This document shows, in pieces, positions 1-12,890 of a stretch of 64,000 bases of DNA. Below the pieces are notes generated by a model. It searched no databases. It had not been told where the DNA came from and saw only the letters and a program-made list of their open reading frames with translations. Positions within the stretch are counted from its first letter, which is position 1. Each line of letters starts with the position of its first letter. The DNA comes from Octopus sinensis. Taxonomy: Eukaryota. The translations under genes were made by a program, and so were the position numbers. The stretch spans positions 32,825 to 96,824 of the forward strand of contig NW_021832851.1 in NCBI RefSeq assembly GCF_006345805.1. Reading direction: 5' to 3'.

Positions 1-197
1 TACACACTACAGAAAGACAGAATGGACTAAATAGGACAGAACAAGATACGTGGAATGGAGAGTTTCTGAAGAGGTCACATGGCGTGTGACAAAAGAGAAT
101 AAGAACAATTATAAAGCTAGAGTGAAGGGCGGGTATATAGAGCGCGTGTTTACTTGACAAAAAGACAAAATATCTGTGACGACTCAGGAATTTTGCA

Positions 198-1199
198 GGC
201 TGTTTATAAATTAATGGCCGATTTCAGAAACATAATTTTATTCTGGAAAAATTAACTGTGAAAATATTTTGATTGGAGAATGTGGTAAAGCCTCGTATCC
301 CAAGTCTGTGAGTTTCTGCGACGTCATTCTTGCATTATCGTGAAGCAGAATCGGGCGACGCCGATTCACGAATGCAGGTCTCATTTTTTGCAAGTGAGCA
401 TGCATTTCAGCGGGTTGATTGCAGTTAACCTCTGCTCTAATGTCCTGGTTGGCTTCCAGAAAGCTGTAATGGGCAACACCAATTGCAGACCACCAGACGG
501 TCACCATATTTTTTTGCTGATGCAACTTTGGCTTTGAGAAATGCTTGGGGAACTTATCACGATGAAGTCATTGATCAAGCGATTGATTTGATTGATTGTT
601 TGTTTTCATAAAGAATTCTCTTTTCCTCACAAGTGACTTTTTGATCAAGAAAAAGATCATTTGTGTTTCACAGAAAGAACATCGAGCTCACTATAAAACG
701 GTACACATTTATTGAGCTTTTTCACCTTACCAAATTCTGCAGATTCCGAGAGACGGTTGCAATACCGATACCAAATACCTGAAACATTTCTCTGACACTT
801 TGACGTGGGTTTTGTTCAACGATTGCTTTCAATTGTTTATTGTCAAGACTGCATGACTGTCGTTCACTTTCATGATCTTCGAGGCTTTCATCACCACTAC
901 GGAATTTCTAAAACCATCTTCGTACTGTGCGATGATTTGTGGACTCCTCTCCCCATTCTCTGGCAGCAGTTTGGGAGACATTTTGTCCAAATTTGAACTC
1001 ATACAAGAAAAGTAAGCGAAGTTCCGTTGTGGTCATGTTTACAAGAATATTTTCTGTCTGAAATAAGTAGAAAATTATTAAAAAGCATACATGAAGTATT
1101 ATGTAAAATTTCACCTAAAATATAATTAAGATACTATGATAAAATTACGCTTCAAAACACAACAGTTAGAGAGGCCATTATTTTCGAAACAAAATAATA
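198..1199 (-). mobile_element. Decayed mariner (DD34D-type) DNA transposon
   Basis: Minus-strand fragments LFLYEFKFGQNVSQTA...HRTVRRWF (HTH), WWSAIGVAHYSFL and PILLHDNAR. Degenerate TIR-like ends share AATGGCC at about 212 and 1175. Boundaries approximate. Confidence 0.8.
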
Positions 1200-1299
1200 C
1201 TTAATATATAAATACCCCCCGTATACTACATACGCCTTTTAGGTCGGAATATGAAACAGTATCATGATCAATCAGTAGCCCTTTTAAAGGACAACGCAT

Positions 1300-2525
1300 C
1301 TGCCCATTCTAATTTGCAGATTTTTTAAAATTATCAAAAGATTTTCATAGATATTTTCAACAAATTTTTCAAAACTTTTTGCCGAAAATTAAAAAAAAAA
1401 TTTTCAAAACAATTTCACGAAAGTTTTCAGAGATTTTTATCGACAATTTCAAAAAAACTTTTCAGAAGATTTTCATGAAAAAATATTTCAAAAAAATTTT
1501 GACCAAAAGATTTTCACTAAGATTTTAAAATAATTTTTCAAAGATTTTTGACGAAAATTTCAAAAAACGTTTCAAAAGATTTTGACGAAAATTATGAAAT
1601 AATTTTTCAACGATTTTTAACGAAAATTTCAAAAAACGTTTCAAAAGATTTTGACGAAATTTTGAAATAATTTTTCAACGATTTTTGACGAAAATTTCAA
1701 AAAATTTTCAAAAGATTTCCATGAAAATAGTTTCAAAATTTTGAAAAAACTTTTGACGAAAATTTCAAAAATATTTTCAAAAGATTTTCACGAAAATTCT
1801 GAAAACATTTTTGAAAGACTTTTTACGAAATTTCGGAAAAATTTTTTAAAGAATTTCATGAAATTAAAAAAAAAATTTTTCGAAGATTTTTGACAAAATT
1901 ACAGAAAAACGTTTCAAAAGAATTTCACGAAATTTTTTTTTTCATTTTCAATGATTTTTGACGAAAACTTTGAAAAACTTTTCAAAAGAATTTCACGAAA
2001 TTTTTTTTTTCATTTTCAATGATTTTTGACGAAAACTTTGAAAAACTTTCCAAAAGAATTTCACGAAAATTTCCAAAAAGTTTTGAAAAGGTATTCACGA
2101 AAATTTTGAAAAAATTTTTCACAAATTTTTGACGCTAATTTTGAAAATATTTTTCATAATTTTTTTACAATAATTTTGAAAAACTTTTCAAAATATTTCC
2201 ACGAAAGTTTTGGAAAATTTCCCTAAAGATTTTCACGAAAATTTCGAAAAACTTTTCAAAATAGTTTCACGAAAATTTCGAAAAACTTTTCAAAATATTT
2301 TCACGAAAATTTCGAAAAACTTTTCAAAATAGTTTCACGAAAATTTTGAAAGAATTTTTCAGAAACTTTTGACGTAAATTATGAAATTTCACGAAAATTT
2401 TGAAAACATTTTTGACGAAATCTTTTGAAATTTTTTTCAAAATTTTCGTGAAAATCTTTTTAAAAGTTTTTTAAAATTTTCCTCAAAATATTTTGAAAAG
2501 TTTTTATTTTAATTTTTGCCAAAAG
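1300..2525. repeat. Degenerate ~35-bp A/T-tract minisatellite
   Basis: Unit such as TTCACGAAAATTTCGAAAAACTTTTCAAAATAGT, nearly perfect at 2232-2340 and diverged elsewhere. Confidence 0.85.
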
Positions 2526-3145
2526 ATTTTCTCCTAGTATAGAGCTATCTGTCTCCATTTTCAGTGTACTTTTCATTAGTCAATCCTACCTATGTTTTCC
2601 AACAACTTCTGTTGTGGTTGCATGGAATTGATCGCGTAGTCCCGTGTTGCGTAATTTTTCTTTTATAATTCTCCTTTTTTATTTCTTCCTTTGTTTTTCC
2701 TTTATTTTCTGCTTTTAATAATCCCTCGTTCCTAACTACCACTAGCAAAATTTCCTTACTTTGGCCTAGCTATCTCATTAAGCTCTTATGATCAATATGA
2801 AGGCAGTATTCCACACTTACCATTGCCCTTCCTCCATTTGCCCTCTTCATCTATAGGTGATCAGTGTCTGCAATATATGCTGGGCTCAATGCATCGTTAG
2901 AAGCTTTCTTAACTTTCGGTTCATCTCCTTCAGCTGCTTCTCTGTCCACTTCAGGATCCCAGCCCCACACCGAACTACTGCGACTGCGCGACAGTTTATT
3001 GCTGGACTTATGCTTCAGGCATTCACCTTTGAAGCCAATAATTTTCTCACTCGCCACAGGTACACTCATTTTGTCTTTTCCGTCAAGTTATGGGCTTTTA
3101 TTCCATCTGCTTCAAGTATTCCCAGGTATTTATTGCTGGATTGAG
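2525..3145 (-). pseudogene. Old R4/Dong-type LINE fragment (RT C-terminus/thumb region)
   Basis: Hand translation with stops and frameshifts: KYLGILEADGIK...RVRKLLASKVN...AVAVVRCGAGILKW...RKLRKLLTMH...ADTDHL*MKRANGGR. This is collinear with the 40547-42529 ORF. Confidence 0.75.
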
Positions 3146-3589
3146 GTTGAATTGCCTTCATATTACATTCTGAGTTCAATTTCCGCCGAGATGGACCGCG
3201 CCATTTATCCTATCGCGGTCGATAAAATATGTACCAATGGTACAATGGGATGGGGTCGATCTAATTAAATTTCCCCCTTCACCGTATTTGCTGACCTCGT
3301 TTCAAAATTTGAAAACATTATTATTGTTTTTGCTTTCCCTGTTCCTGCTGTTTTATTTGTTGTTAACCTTTTCCTCTACTTTGTTTTTAACCTGGAGCCT
3401 ATGTTAGAAATATTGGTTTCGAGCAAGGCTAAAAATATATGGGGAGATGCAGCTAAGTCAATTACATCGAACTCAAGCGGTATTCATTTTATCGACACCG
3501 AAAAGGATAAAAGAGAATATCGCCCTCGGCTCAGTTTGGATTCTGAACGTAAGGACGGACGCCCCACACTAGAATTATTAATCATTATC

Positions 3590-3667
3590 GTGATTACTAG
3601 TCGTTGCTGTTGTTGTTGTTCTTGTTGTTGCTGTTGTTGTTGTTGTTGTTCTTCTTCTTCTTCTTCC
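3590..3667. repeat. (GTT)n-(CTT)n microsatellite (3' tail of the adjacent SINE)
   Basis: Read directly from the sequence. Confidence 0.9.
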
Positions 3668-4114
3668 ACTCAGGACTCCCGCCTAGCCATAAGGAATAAT
3701 CGCTAATTCGAGCCTCCTCTAAGCTACTAAGAAAGCGTGTGGCAACTTGAAGATCCACGCATCACACGCGATAGACTGGCGGTTGTACGGGCGCGAAAAC
3801 TACTTTGTTATCCTCATTCCGTAAACGGTGGCTTTTAACGGGTGGAGAGCTGAACCATCCTGGAATAAAGAGAATTCGCAAACTAGACTCGGGTCTGAAA
3901 GTTTACCACACCATAGTGGTTTGCACCATGGTTCCTCTGCTTTGTGGCAGAAGTAGGAAGAGAGAAAATTGTGGTGAAAGAGTACACAGCGGTGTTCACT
4001 CCTCAGCGACGGAGCGTCGTGGATAAACACTCACAATGCCCGGTCAGGGAATCAAAACCGCGTTCTTACGACCGCGAGTCCACCTCCCTAACCACTGGGC
4101 CATTGCGACTCCAC
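3668..4114 (-). mobile_element. tRNA-derived SINE (type C head, distinct body)
   Basis: Minus strand starts GTGGAGTCGCAATGGCCCAGTGGTTAGGG (A box) then GGTTTTGATTCCC (B-box-like) and ends in a (GAA)n(CAA)n tail. Confidence 0.7.
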
Positions 4115-4922
4115 AGTTGCTGTTGTTGTACTTGATGATTATCACGATGTTGCAACAGTTGTTGTTCTTTTTCTTGTTGCTGTTGTTGTTGATGTTGTTG
4201 CAATATCAGCGGCAGTAACAGCAGCGGTAATCAGCGATATTCAACTTTCCCCATTTCCCTTCATTAAATGTACAATTTACTACATTTGTCATTATCCCCA
4301 TTAATTTTCATTCATTTTTTTTGTTTATTTGTTTGTTCGATTCCCCATTTATTTTTTTCTCTCTCATTTAATTATTCTCATTAATTTGTTCTACTATTTC
4401 TATTCACACCTTCATCTCATATTTGCCTCATTTGCAATTTTCGCATCAAATTTTATTCATTAACTTCTTACGTTTTGTTTAAATGTTCGTAATTTATGTG
4501 ACTGTTATATATTTTTATATATTTTATGTTTATATTTAAAGAATTAAAACATTATTATTTAGGAATGTACTTTTACATTTTAATTTCTATTTATTTTCTC
4601 AATAAAATACACTTTACTAATTTATATGCACTCTTAGTTAACACATGCTTTTCAATTGTCACCAATTTTAGTTCATCTCTTCTTTCAACATCAAAATATG
4701 GCGCCGTTACAGTTCTTTATCTCTAGCTCTAGTAACTGTTGCATTTGTTATTGTTACATTAGTTGATATTGTTTTTGTTGTTGCTTCGGCTTTTAGTATT
4801 GTAGATTTTGAAGCAATTTATTTTGTTTTATTATTGATATATACATGGTATGTGTATTTGTCCATGTGTAATTGTGTATACGCGCGTGTGTGTTTGTGTA
4901 TGCATATGTGTTTTATTGTGCG

Positions 4923-5070
4923 TGTTCTGAGTTCAAATTCAGCCGAGCTCGACTTTGCCCTTCCTCCTTTTGGATTCGATAAGATAAATATCAGTAATGC
5001 ACTTCGGTCGATGTCATCGATTAGCGCGCAACCCTAAAATCGAGGCTTTACGCTTAGAGCGGAAAAGATT
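4923..5070 (+). mobile_element. SINE family A fragment
   Basis: Contains the GTTCTGAGTTCAAATTC...CGACTTTGCC core seen in more than 15 copies in the window. Confidence 0.75.
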
Positions 5071-5089
5071 ATTATTATTATTATGGTTG

Positions 5090-5230
5090 TTATTTTTTCC
5101 TTCTTTCATCAAATTTTCTTCCGTTTCTCGCCGAGTGTTTTCCGTATACCTAGGGCAGAGAAGCTCACTGTATGCATTCCCAGATTACACACGCAAATTC
5201 ACAGGTAAATATGTATTTAAAAATTAATAA

Positions 5231-5232
<2 letters not shown>
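5090..5232 (-). mobile_element. 5'-truncated R4 copy (3' UTR only)
   Basis: Closely matches 40275-40420 (AAATTTTCTTCCGTTTCTCGCCGAGTGTTTTCCGTA...CACGCAAATTCACAG) and is flanked by (TTA)n. Confidence 0.85.
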
Positions 5233-5303
<71 letters not shown>

Positions 5304-5343
5304 TATTATTATTATTATCATTATTATCATTATTATCATTATT

Positions 5344-5635
5344 GAGTGAGAGAGCAGTGCATGCGATCAATATGACACTGGCGTAAAATATAGGAAGCCC
5401 AGTACACCCATCATGACAACCCGTCTGATAAGGGTACACTAGGCACATGCATCACAACCATATGTGCGCGACATGGTGATCTCATATCAAGATAAACAGC
5501 ACATGACCTTGCAGATGGGGCCCAGTTAGAATTTTCTTCTGGTCGAGTAGCCCTTCCGGCTCAAAAGGTCCCTGAATAAGGATTGTTTAAGGATGTTGAA
5601 CGAAACCCCCTTGAGGTGAATTATTCAAACCCAAA
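5344..5635 (-). mobile_element. Partial copy of the ~530-bp R4-tail-sharing short element
   Basis: Homologous to 39991-40222 and 45246-45771. (TAA)n tail on the minus strand; truncated at 5635. Confidence 0.85.
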
Positions 5636-5908
5636 GGGGGGGGGGGGTTACTGATGCTTTTAGCCCCAGGCGATCAACGTCACCAGAAGGACTTTAGACA
5701 CTATCTCAGTGTCCTTGTGTTACTTGCAAAGGGAGGTCATCCTCCCTCGAAGACCCGAGTACTACATACGGACTATGGTTTCAAGGTAATTGCCTCTCGT
5801 CAACGCATGGTAAGCACCGGTCTTCGATGAAGGAGTCTCCTCGCAAGTAATATATAATGCTTTTCACAGGACTCCTTTAAAAGCATCAGTAACACCCTCC
5901 CCCCCCCC
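5636..5908. mobile_element. Possible MITE with G-run terminal inverted repeats
   Basis: G12-TTACTGATGCTTTTA (5636-5662) versus TAAAAGCATCAGTAAC-ACCCT-C10 (5878-5908). No TSD found. Confidence 0.45.
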
Positions 5909-6305
5909 AGTGGCTAGCCACATTCAGATGGCTGATACCCTTTACGTTGTCGAGCGGTTACTGTTTATATCTCGTTCAGAGATTTATTATTGTTTTCAGA
6001 CAGTTTTTCTACATCAGTGACAGTGGTTACTGTGAAAAACATTATATATTACTTGCGAGGGGACACTGCATCAGTAACACCCCCCCCCAGTGGCTAGCCA
6101 CATTCAGATGGCTGATACCCCTTACGTTAAATTTATTTTGCCTTTTCTCAATCTGGCTATGTGAACACGGTAAGCTAGCAACTCCGTATTTAGCAAGTGG
6201 GGTATAAACGGGCGCCCATTGTTTTAAAACAAAGCAGAAAATGGTCATGAGATAATTCGCGGACATCCAAATAGAGACAGGATCTTACAAGGAGCGAAAT
6301 TTTCG

Positions 6306-6706
6306 TGCGTAAGAGTGGCTCTGTTGTAAGTAGCTTGCTTACCAACCACATGGTTCCGGGTTTAGTCCCACTGCGTGGCACCTTGGGCCGACCATAGCCT
6401 TGTGAGTGGATTTGGTAGACAGAAAGTGAAAGAAGCCTATCGTATATATGTATATATGTATAATTATATATATATATATATGTGTGTGTGTGTGGTGTGT
6501 GTGTGTGTGACTGTGTGTCTGTGTTTGTTCCCCCAACATCGCTTGACAACCGATGGTGTTGTGTTTACGTCCCCGTAACTTAGCGGTTCGGCAAAAGACC
6601 CCGATAGAGTAAGTACTAGGCTTCCAAAGAATAAGTCCTGGGGTCGATTTGCTTCAGCATGCCCACAGTCAAATGACTGAAACAAGTAAAAGAGTAAAAG
6701 AGTAAA
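6306..6706 (+). mobile_element. tRNA-derived SINE family B (internal microsatellite)
   Basis: Head GGTTCCGGGTTTAGTCCCACTGCGTGGCACCTTGGGC, internal (TA)/(TG)n, tail CAGTCAAATGACTGAAACAAGTAAAAGAG. Confidence 0.85.
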
Positions 6707-8034
6707 CCATCATGAGAAGTACAAAGTTAAAAGCCACCGTGGCAAGATTATTTGAATGTCAGAATTTGAGATATAAAAGCTTTAAACGTTTGAGCATCGA
6801 GTTGATGTATAAACAGCTAGGCTAGACAAATGGATATATCGTTACAAATTAGTGGTGAGTGAAAATATATTCATTGATTGGTGCTCGAGAGAATAGGGAT
6901 TAAATTCAAGTGTCATGTATTGCCTAGTGTTTTATCATTCATTTCCGCTAAAATACGCGTAAAGATGGACGAAATGCCGCTAAGCTCTTTCCTCGCGTGC
7001 TAACGACTGCCAGGATACCATTTTCCCGTAGCCTCATATCGACTTTAGATTTTGTGTTAGGTATCGCATATATAGGTACGCGTAGAGTGAAGAATTGTGT
7101 TGAACACTCTGTATCTGTATTTCGGAAACACAGCATTGTCACCGACATTTCGAATCTACCAGAAGGCTACATTAAAATCATATATGTGGGTGTGTGGTAA
7201 TTCCCAGACAATTACATGTTACCACATTGAGTATGTAGTTCAGCTGATCGGATAACCGAAGTGCTCATTATAGGAAAACGACCGAATTTCCATTTACTTT
7301 AGCCATTAAAATATTTTCGCAAATAGTTCAGAAATATACACTATTCAACACTTTGATGTCTGATAAAAGGTAGATATTATCTACAGTGCAGTTCCTCTCT
7401 TAAAATATGCAAACGTCGTATTCGTGAGCCATCAACATCGCCATCGTTTACAATCATTATAGCATACATCTGATGTCTGATAATATATGGCGTCTCTGCT
7501 ATTTGTGAGGCAACGTTATTATTTTGTTGATTTTTTAATATTTTTTTTTCTTCTTGTTGTTTTACATAAAACGTTCGTTGCTGTAAGCTATTAATTGCTA
7601 AACTTTTTTGCAGCTTCAATTTTATATTCTGCTGAGATCTTTAAACCAATCATTTGAATAAAAACTAGTTAGCCGAGAATGTCTAGTGAATTTCAATCCA
7701 AAGTAGACAAAGGTACTGCATAAAAACCTTCAGGAATACGCTTTGTTCCCCATGCGTCAACCATTTTCAATTCATGATGCTTACATGTTTTAGTGTCATT
7801 TCAAGACTTTCCGAGCTATACCAATTCTAACACATCCTACAAGTATGAGTATAATACAAATGCAATTATTCATACATAGGTATACAATCACACACACTCA
7901 CAGACATCTAGTCAGCTACTGTCACCAATACAAAAATGTTTATGCACACAGGAATGCGTATTTGTATATATATCTACATGTATATATATATACATGTATA
8001 TATATAGGTATGTATATATATATATATATATAGG

Positions 8035-8078
<44 letters not shown>

Positions 8079-8685
8079 TATATAGGGTTATATAGGGAGT
8101 AGATAGATAGATGGAGTGATATATTTATGGATTTAGATATATACAAACATAAACAGACGTACATATATACGTACATCTTTTAATATATATCTATATATGC
8201 ATAGATGTGTTCTTGTTTAGATATATATATATATACATACATATATACACACACGTATATATATTAATATATATGTAAATATACTTATCTATATACATTT
8301 ATATTCGATCTTCTGCGTATACTTGTCAATAATTTTTATGAGTATTTTCTTAAGTTTCCCCTGTAAAATCTGTGTTGCATATCGTATAGTTAATTGGAAA
8401 TATTTTTCCACCACTACATCTGAAGTCAAAGTAAAATAATGTAACACGTAACTGAGAGTATAGTGAGATTTAAATACGAATTTCCTGTTGAAACGCGGCT
8501 ATTTGTAATTAAAAGGAAATATTCGATTTTGTTGCAGCAAGGAACAACTTTGCTGGGAATTTTCATAGAATTCATTTCATTAGCATTTAAAAATCTATAT
8601 GGAATCTTTTGGTATGAGGAGGAATTCAATCAACCGCTTTAAATTGATCATTACATATATGTGAGTGTGTATATGAATATATGCA

Positions 8686-8754
<69 letters not shown>

Positions 8755-8845
8755 ATCATTGCGTGTATGTATATACACATGCATATATATGTACATATAT
8801 ATCTATACATACATATATTTCCATATATATTTATACATATCTCTA

Positions 8846-8893
<48 letters not shown>

Positions 8894-9719
8894 TATATAT
8901 ATATATTATATATATATATACATATACATAGTTACATACACATGTAAATATATATATATATATATATATTTCCATATATAAGTAAATACATATATATATA
9001 TATGTATGTTTGCATGTATCTCTCTCTCTCTCCCTCTATTTACACATATATATATAATTATGTATCTATGTGTGTATGTATACCCCCCACATGCAAACAC
9101 GCATAGATGTTTAAATATATATACATGATCTTCAATATAACGTATATATGTACGTGTCTATGTGTGTCTGTGTGTCTATGTGTGCATGTCTCTATGTGTG
9201 TACAATTGAATGTATATATGTGTGTTTTTGTATATATGTACGTCTACATATATTCCTAATTAGGTATAAGCCTTCTTTAATGTAGGAGATGAAATCACCC
9301 TTCGGTTTCATTAATTAAACAAAAAGTCTATGATTGTAATGAGAAGGTGGATGTCGGAAAAAATGAGTTCCTATAAAATCTATAACGAAATATAAAGGCT
9401 CCCTTTTATTTTTGAATGTTTTATTACGATAAATATATAATTAAATCGTAGATAATTAACGACTCGCGCAGACATGCAATTACACACAGAAACAATAAAG
9501 CAGTTTTGTTGTTGTTGTTGTTGTGGTTGTAAATGTTTGTAATTTTAGTTCCGTTTTCATTATTAGAAATGATTCGTTCCATGTCAGGTCAGATCTGAAT
9601 TAGGAGCGTTGTGAGTGAATGTATCTCCGATGGCCCTCAGTTGTTTCTTATTGCTAATGAGGGATTTGAGTGATATTCACGGCTATTTCTAGAGCCCATT
9701 TTTGGCTTATACTAATTGA

Positions 9720-9940
9720 TTTCAAATTTTAGTTGAAGGCCAACAATTTTGGGGGAAGGGATAAGTCGATATCATCGGCCCCAGCTCTCAACTAGTACGT
9801 ATTTCATGGACCACTGGTACTTATTTCATCGATGGAAGACAAAATCGGCATCAGTAGAATTTGAACTCAGAACGCAAAGACGGACTAAACGCTGCTGATC
9901 ATTTTGCACGGCATTCTAACGGTTCTGCCAGCTCGACGCC
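9720..9940 (-). mobile_element. SINE family A
   Basis: Reverse complement of GGCGTCGAGCTGGCAGAA...GTTCTGAGTTCAAATT. Confidence 0.8.
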
Positions 9941-10859
9941 TGAAAGATATAACTTATTGCGAAGCCCTGCCATGTTTCATTTCTTGATATCTGAGTTGAT
10001 GCGAAAATTAGTTCATTTCTAAGGGTTTACATAACAAATATGTTCCACTTCTAATTTAATTGCTTAACCCTGTCTCATTTTATGGTTGTAGCTATTTTAG
10101 ACAATTTACGTCATTAATTATGATGCTATCACAACAAAAGGTTCACAGTCGAAAGCTTAATTATGATTTAATTAATTATCATTAATTAGCTGTGTGGCGA
10201 ATGCTGAACATCGTTGAGCAGACTATCAAAACAAATAACTTTCATTGAAGCCAGTTATAAAATTCAATGCCTGTCTGCCTTCGTTCCATTCATTATTTCC
10301 CAGTCTCATATCGTGGCCTTGAGAAGAGGATGAATATTGAGATATCCCATTTTATAAAGATCCTTTAATCTATTTCACTCTTATCCTTAGTCAGATCGAA
10401 AACTGTATTGATTCTTTATTGAGAAACAAAGGCTCGATATTTTGAAGGTTCCGTTTGGAGAGGTTTAAAGGAGGGACATTAAGAATATCAATCCTAAAAT
10501 ATAAATGGTGCAATATTTTATCGATTTTCGTGGAATGAGAGGCAAAATTAACCTCTTCGAGATCAGAAGCTAATTTTTTCGTATTATATAAGTGAGCTTC
10601 GAATAAGCCATTTTCCTTTCAAGAATATTCTTTCACGAACACGCACTACGGGTTCATGTATATGCGCTTGTGCGTTTTATTTAAAAATCTGACATGAATT
10701 CATATACAAAAATTATCAGTCCAAGAGAGGTGACGTTTTAATTTCTTTCTTAAAAGGCCTACCAGTGTAAGAGGTGTGATTCATTTTCAACGATGCGGCA
10801 AGCACGACTGCTTTGAGAAGAGAAACATTAAATTGTTATTTCTCTTATGACCGCCTGTT

Positions 10860-11245
10860 AGGCGGGTGTAAGGTATTGTTAACTCGCTGCGCGAAATGTT
10901 TGGCGGTATTTCGTCTGCCGATACGTTCTGAGTTCAAATTCAGCCGAGGTCGACTTTGCCTTTCATCCTTTCGGGATCGATTAAATAAGTACCAGTTACG
11001 CAATGGGGTCGATATAATCGACTTAGTCCGTTTGTCTGTCCTTGTTCATCCTCATTGTGTTTAACCCCTTGTCGGTAGTAAAGAAATAGGTATTTCGTCT
11101 GTCACAACGCTCTGAGTTTAAATTCTGCCAATGTCGACTTTGCCTTTCATCCATTCGGTATCAATAAATTAAGTACCAGTTGAATCCTGGGGTCGATGTG
11201 ATCTACTGTCCCCTCCCCACAAAATCCATGTCTTGTGCCTATAGT
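10860..11245 (+). mobile_element. SINE family A with tandem internal module
   Basis: Two successive GTTCTGAGTT(C/T)AAATTC...CGACTTTGCCTTTCATCC modules. Confidence 0.85.
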
Positions 11246-11314
11246 GGGCAGTTTATTTCTCTGTATTTCTTTCACTCTTTATCGAAATTTTGTTTAAAGT
11301 TTCCCATTTTACAC

Positions 11315-11712
11315 AGGCGCAGGCATGGCTGCGTGGTGAGAAGTTTGCATCCCAACCACATGGCTCTGGGTTCTGTCCTACTGCGTGGCATCTTGGACAA
11401 GTATCTTCTACTATTGCCTCGGACCGACCAAGGCTTTGTGAGTGGATTTGGTAGACGGAAACTGAAAGAAGCCCGTTGTATGCATGTGTGTGTGTATTTG
11501 TATGTTTGTGTCTGTGTTTGTCCATCCCACCATTGCTTGAGAACCAACACTGATGAGTTAACGTCCTCGTAACTTAGAGGTTCGATAAAAAAGGCCGATA
11601 GAATAAATACTAGGCTTACAAAGAGTCAGTCCTGGGAGCGATTTGTTCAACTAAAACCCCTCTAAGTGGTGATCCAGCAATGACTGAAAGAAGCATAAGA
11701 ACAAAAGAAAGA
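11315..11712 (+). mobile_element. SINE family B
   Basis: AGGCGCAGGCATGGCTGCGTGG head followed by the family body. Confidence 0.85.
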
Positions 11713-11726
11713 GTTATTATATATCG

Positions 11727-12048
11727 TGAAGGCACGTGGCATAGTTGTTAGGGTTTTTGGCTCACGATCGCAATGGCGTCAGTTCAATTCCTGTCGACGC
11801 GTTGTCTCTCAGCTAGATGCTTTATTTCACGTTGCTCAGTCCACTCAGCTGGCAAAATTGAGCGGTACCTCTAATTCCAAAGGCCAGCCTTGTCACACTG
11901 TGTCTCACTGAATGTTCCTGAGAACTACATTAAAAGTACATATGTCTGTGGAGTGCTCAGCCACTTGCACGTTCATTTCACGAGCAGGCTGTTCTGTTGA
12001 TCGAAACAAGTGGAATCATCGTCGTAGTAATCGACGTAGTGCCAGTTA
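11727..12048 (+). mobile_element. tRNA-derived SINE (third family)
   Basis: A-box-like TGGCATAGTTG, B-box-like AGTTCAATTCC and a ~250-bp GC-richer body. Confidence 0.65.
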
Positions 12049-12738
12049 GTTATTATACACATCTCTCAATCAGTCATGCCTTACAGTAAGTAAATAAAGA
12101 AATACCTCAAAACAGCTTGGCCGCTATGTTAACGAAACTTGCCATGAACCCCAATAGAAAGTAAATATCATTAGAAGGTTCACGCAGTGGGTGCAATTTG
12201 GTGTCCTCGTACACCCGAGGTTCACAAATGCTGGTCAGTGGAGTGAGTCAAGAATTTCTTGAGTGGACAGAAATTTCAATTGCAGAGATTTGAGGAAAAG
12301 ATTCATTCAAATAAAAGGTTGGAAAACTTTCGATAATATTGTGAATTAATTGTTTGGCTGATAATTAGAAGTAATCAAGTTGAGAACTAAATGCAAGAGG
12401 TCAGTAGAATCAGTGTGCTTGATTGCTAAGCCTGTTCTTCGAAAGTATGAAGTAGATATCGAACAAAATCTATCGACCCAATAAAAGCGTTGCTACATAT
12501 TCATTCCATTAGTAAGAAATAGCAGCTAATATCTTTCAATTCATACCAAACTGTATTATGCAAACTATATTGTCATTTTTTTAATATTTTAATTTATAGT
12601 ATAAATACATACATGTGTGTGTGTGTGTGCGTGTGTGTGTTCATAAATTCATGCATATATGTATACATATATATATATACACACACACATATTTACATAC
12701 CCATATAGATATGAAGATATATAAATGCATACATTTAG

Positions 12739-12890
12739 ATGCAGGAGTGGCTGCATGGTAAGTAGTTAGCTTACCAGCTACATTGCTCCGGGTTCAGTCC
12801 CACTGCGTGGCACCTTGGGCAAGTGTCTTCTACTATAGCCTTGGGCCTACCAAATCTTTGTAAGTATATCTGGAAGCCTGTCGTATATAT
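12739..12890 (+). mobile_element. SINE family B 5' half
   Basis: Head through GAAGCCTGTCGTATAT. Confidence 0.8.

Noticed and set aside
1300-2525. CRISPR-like array
   Set aside because: These are tandem degenerate units with no unique spacers, in a eukaryotic context with no cas genes.
4040-4114. tRNA-like sequences at SINE heads (also 11727 and 38399)
   Set aside because: They have no complete cloverleaf and continue into repeat bodies, so they are not tRNA genes.
7785-7836. Minus-strand segment with good acceptor and GTAAGC donor
   Set aside because: All three frames contain stops and it has no other support.
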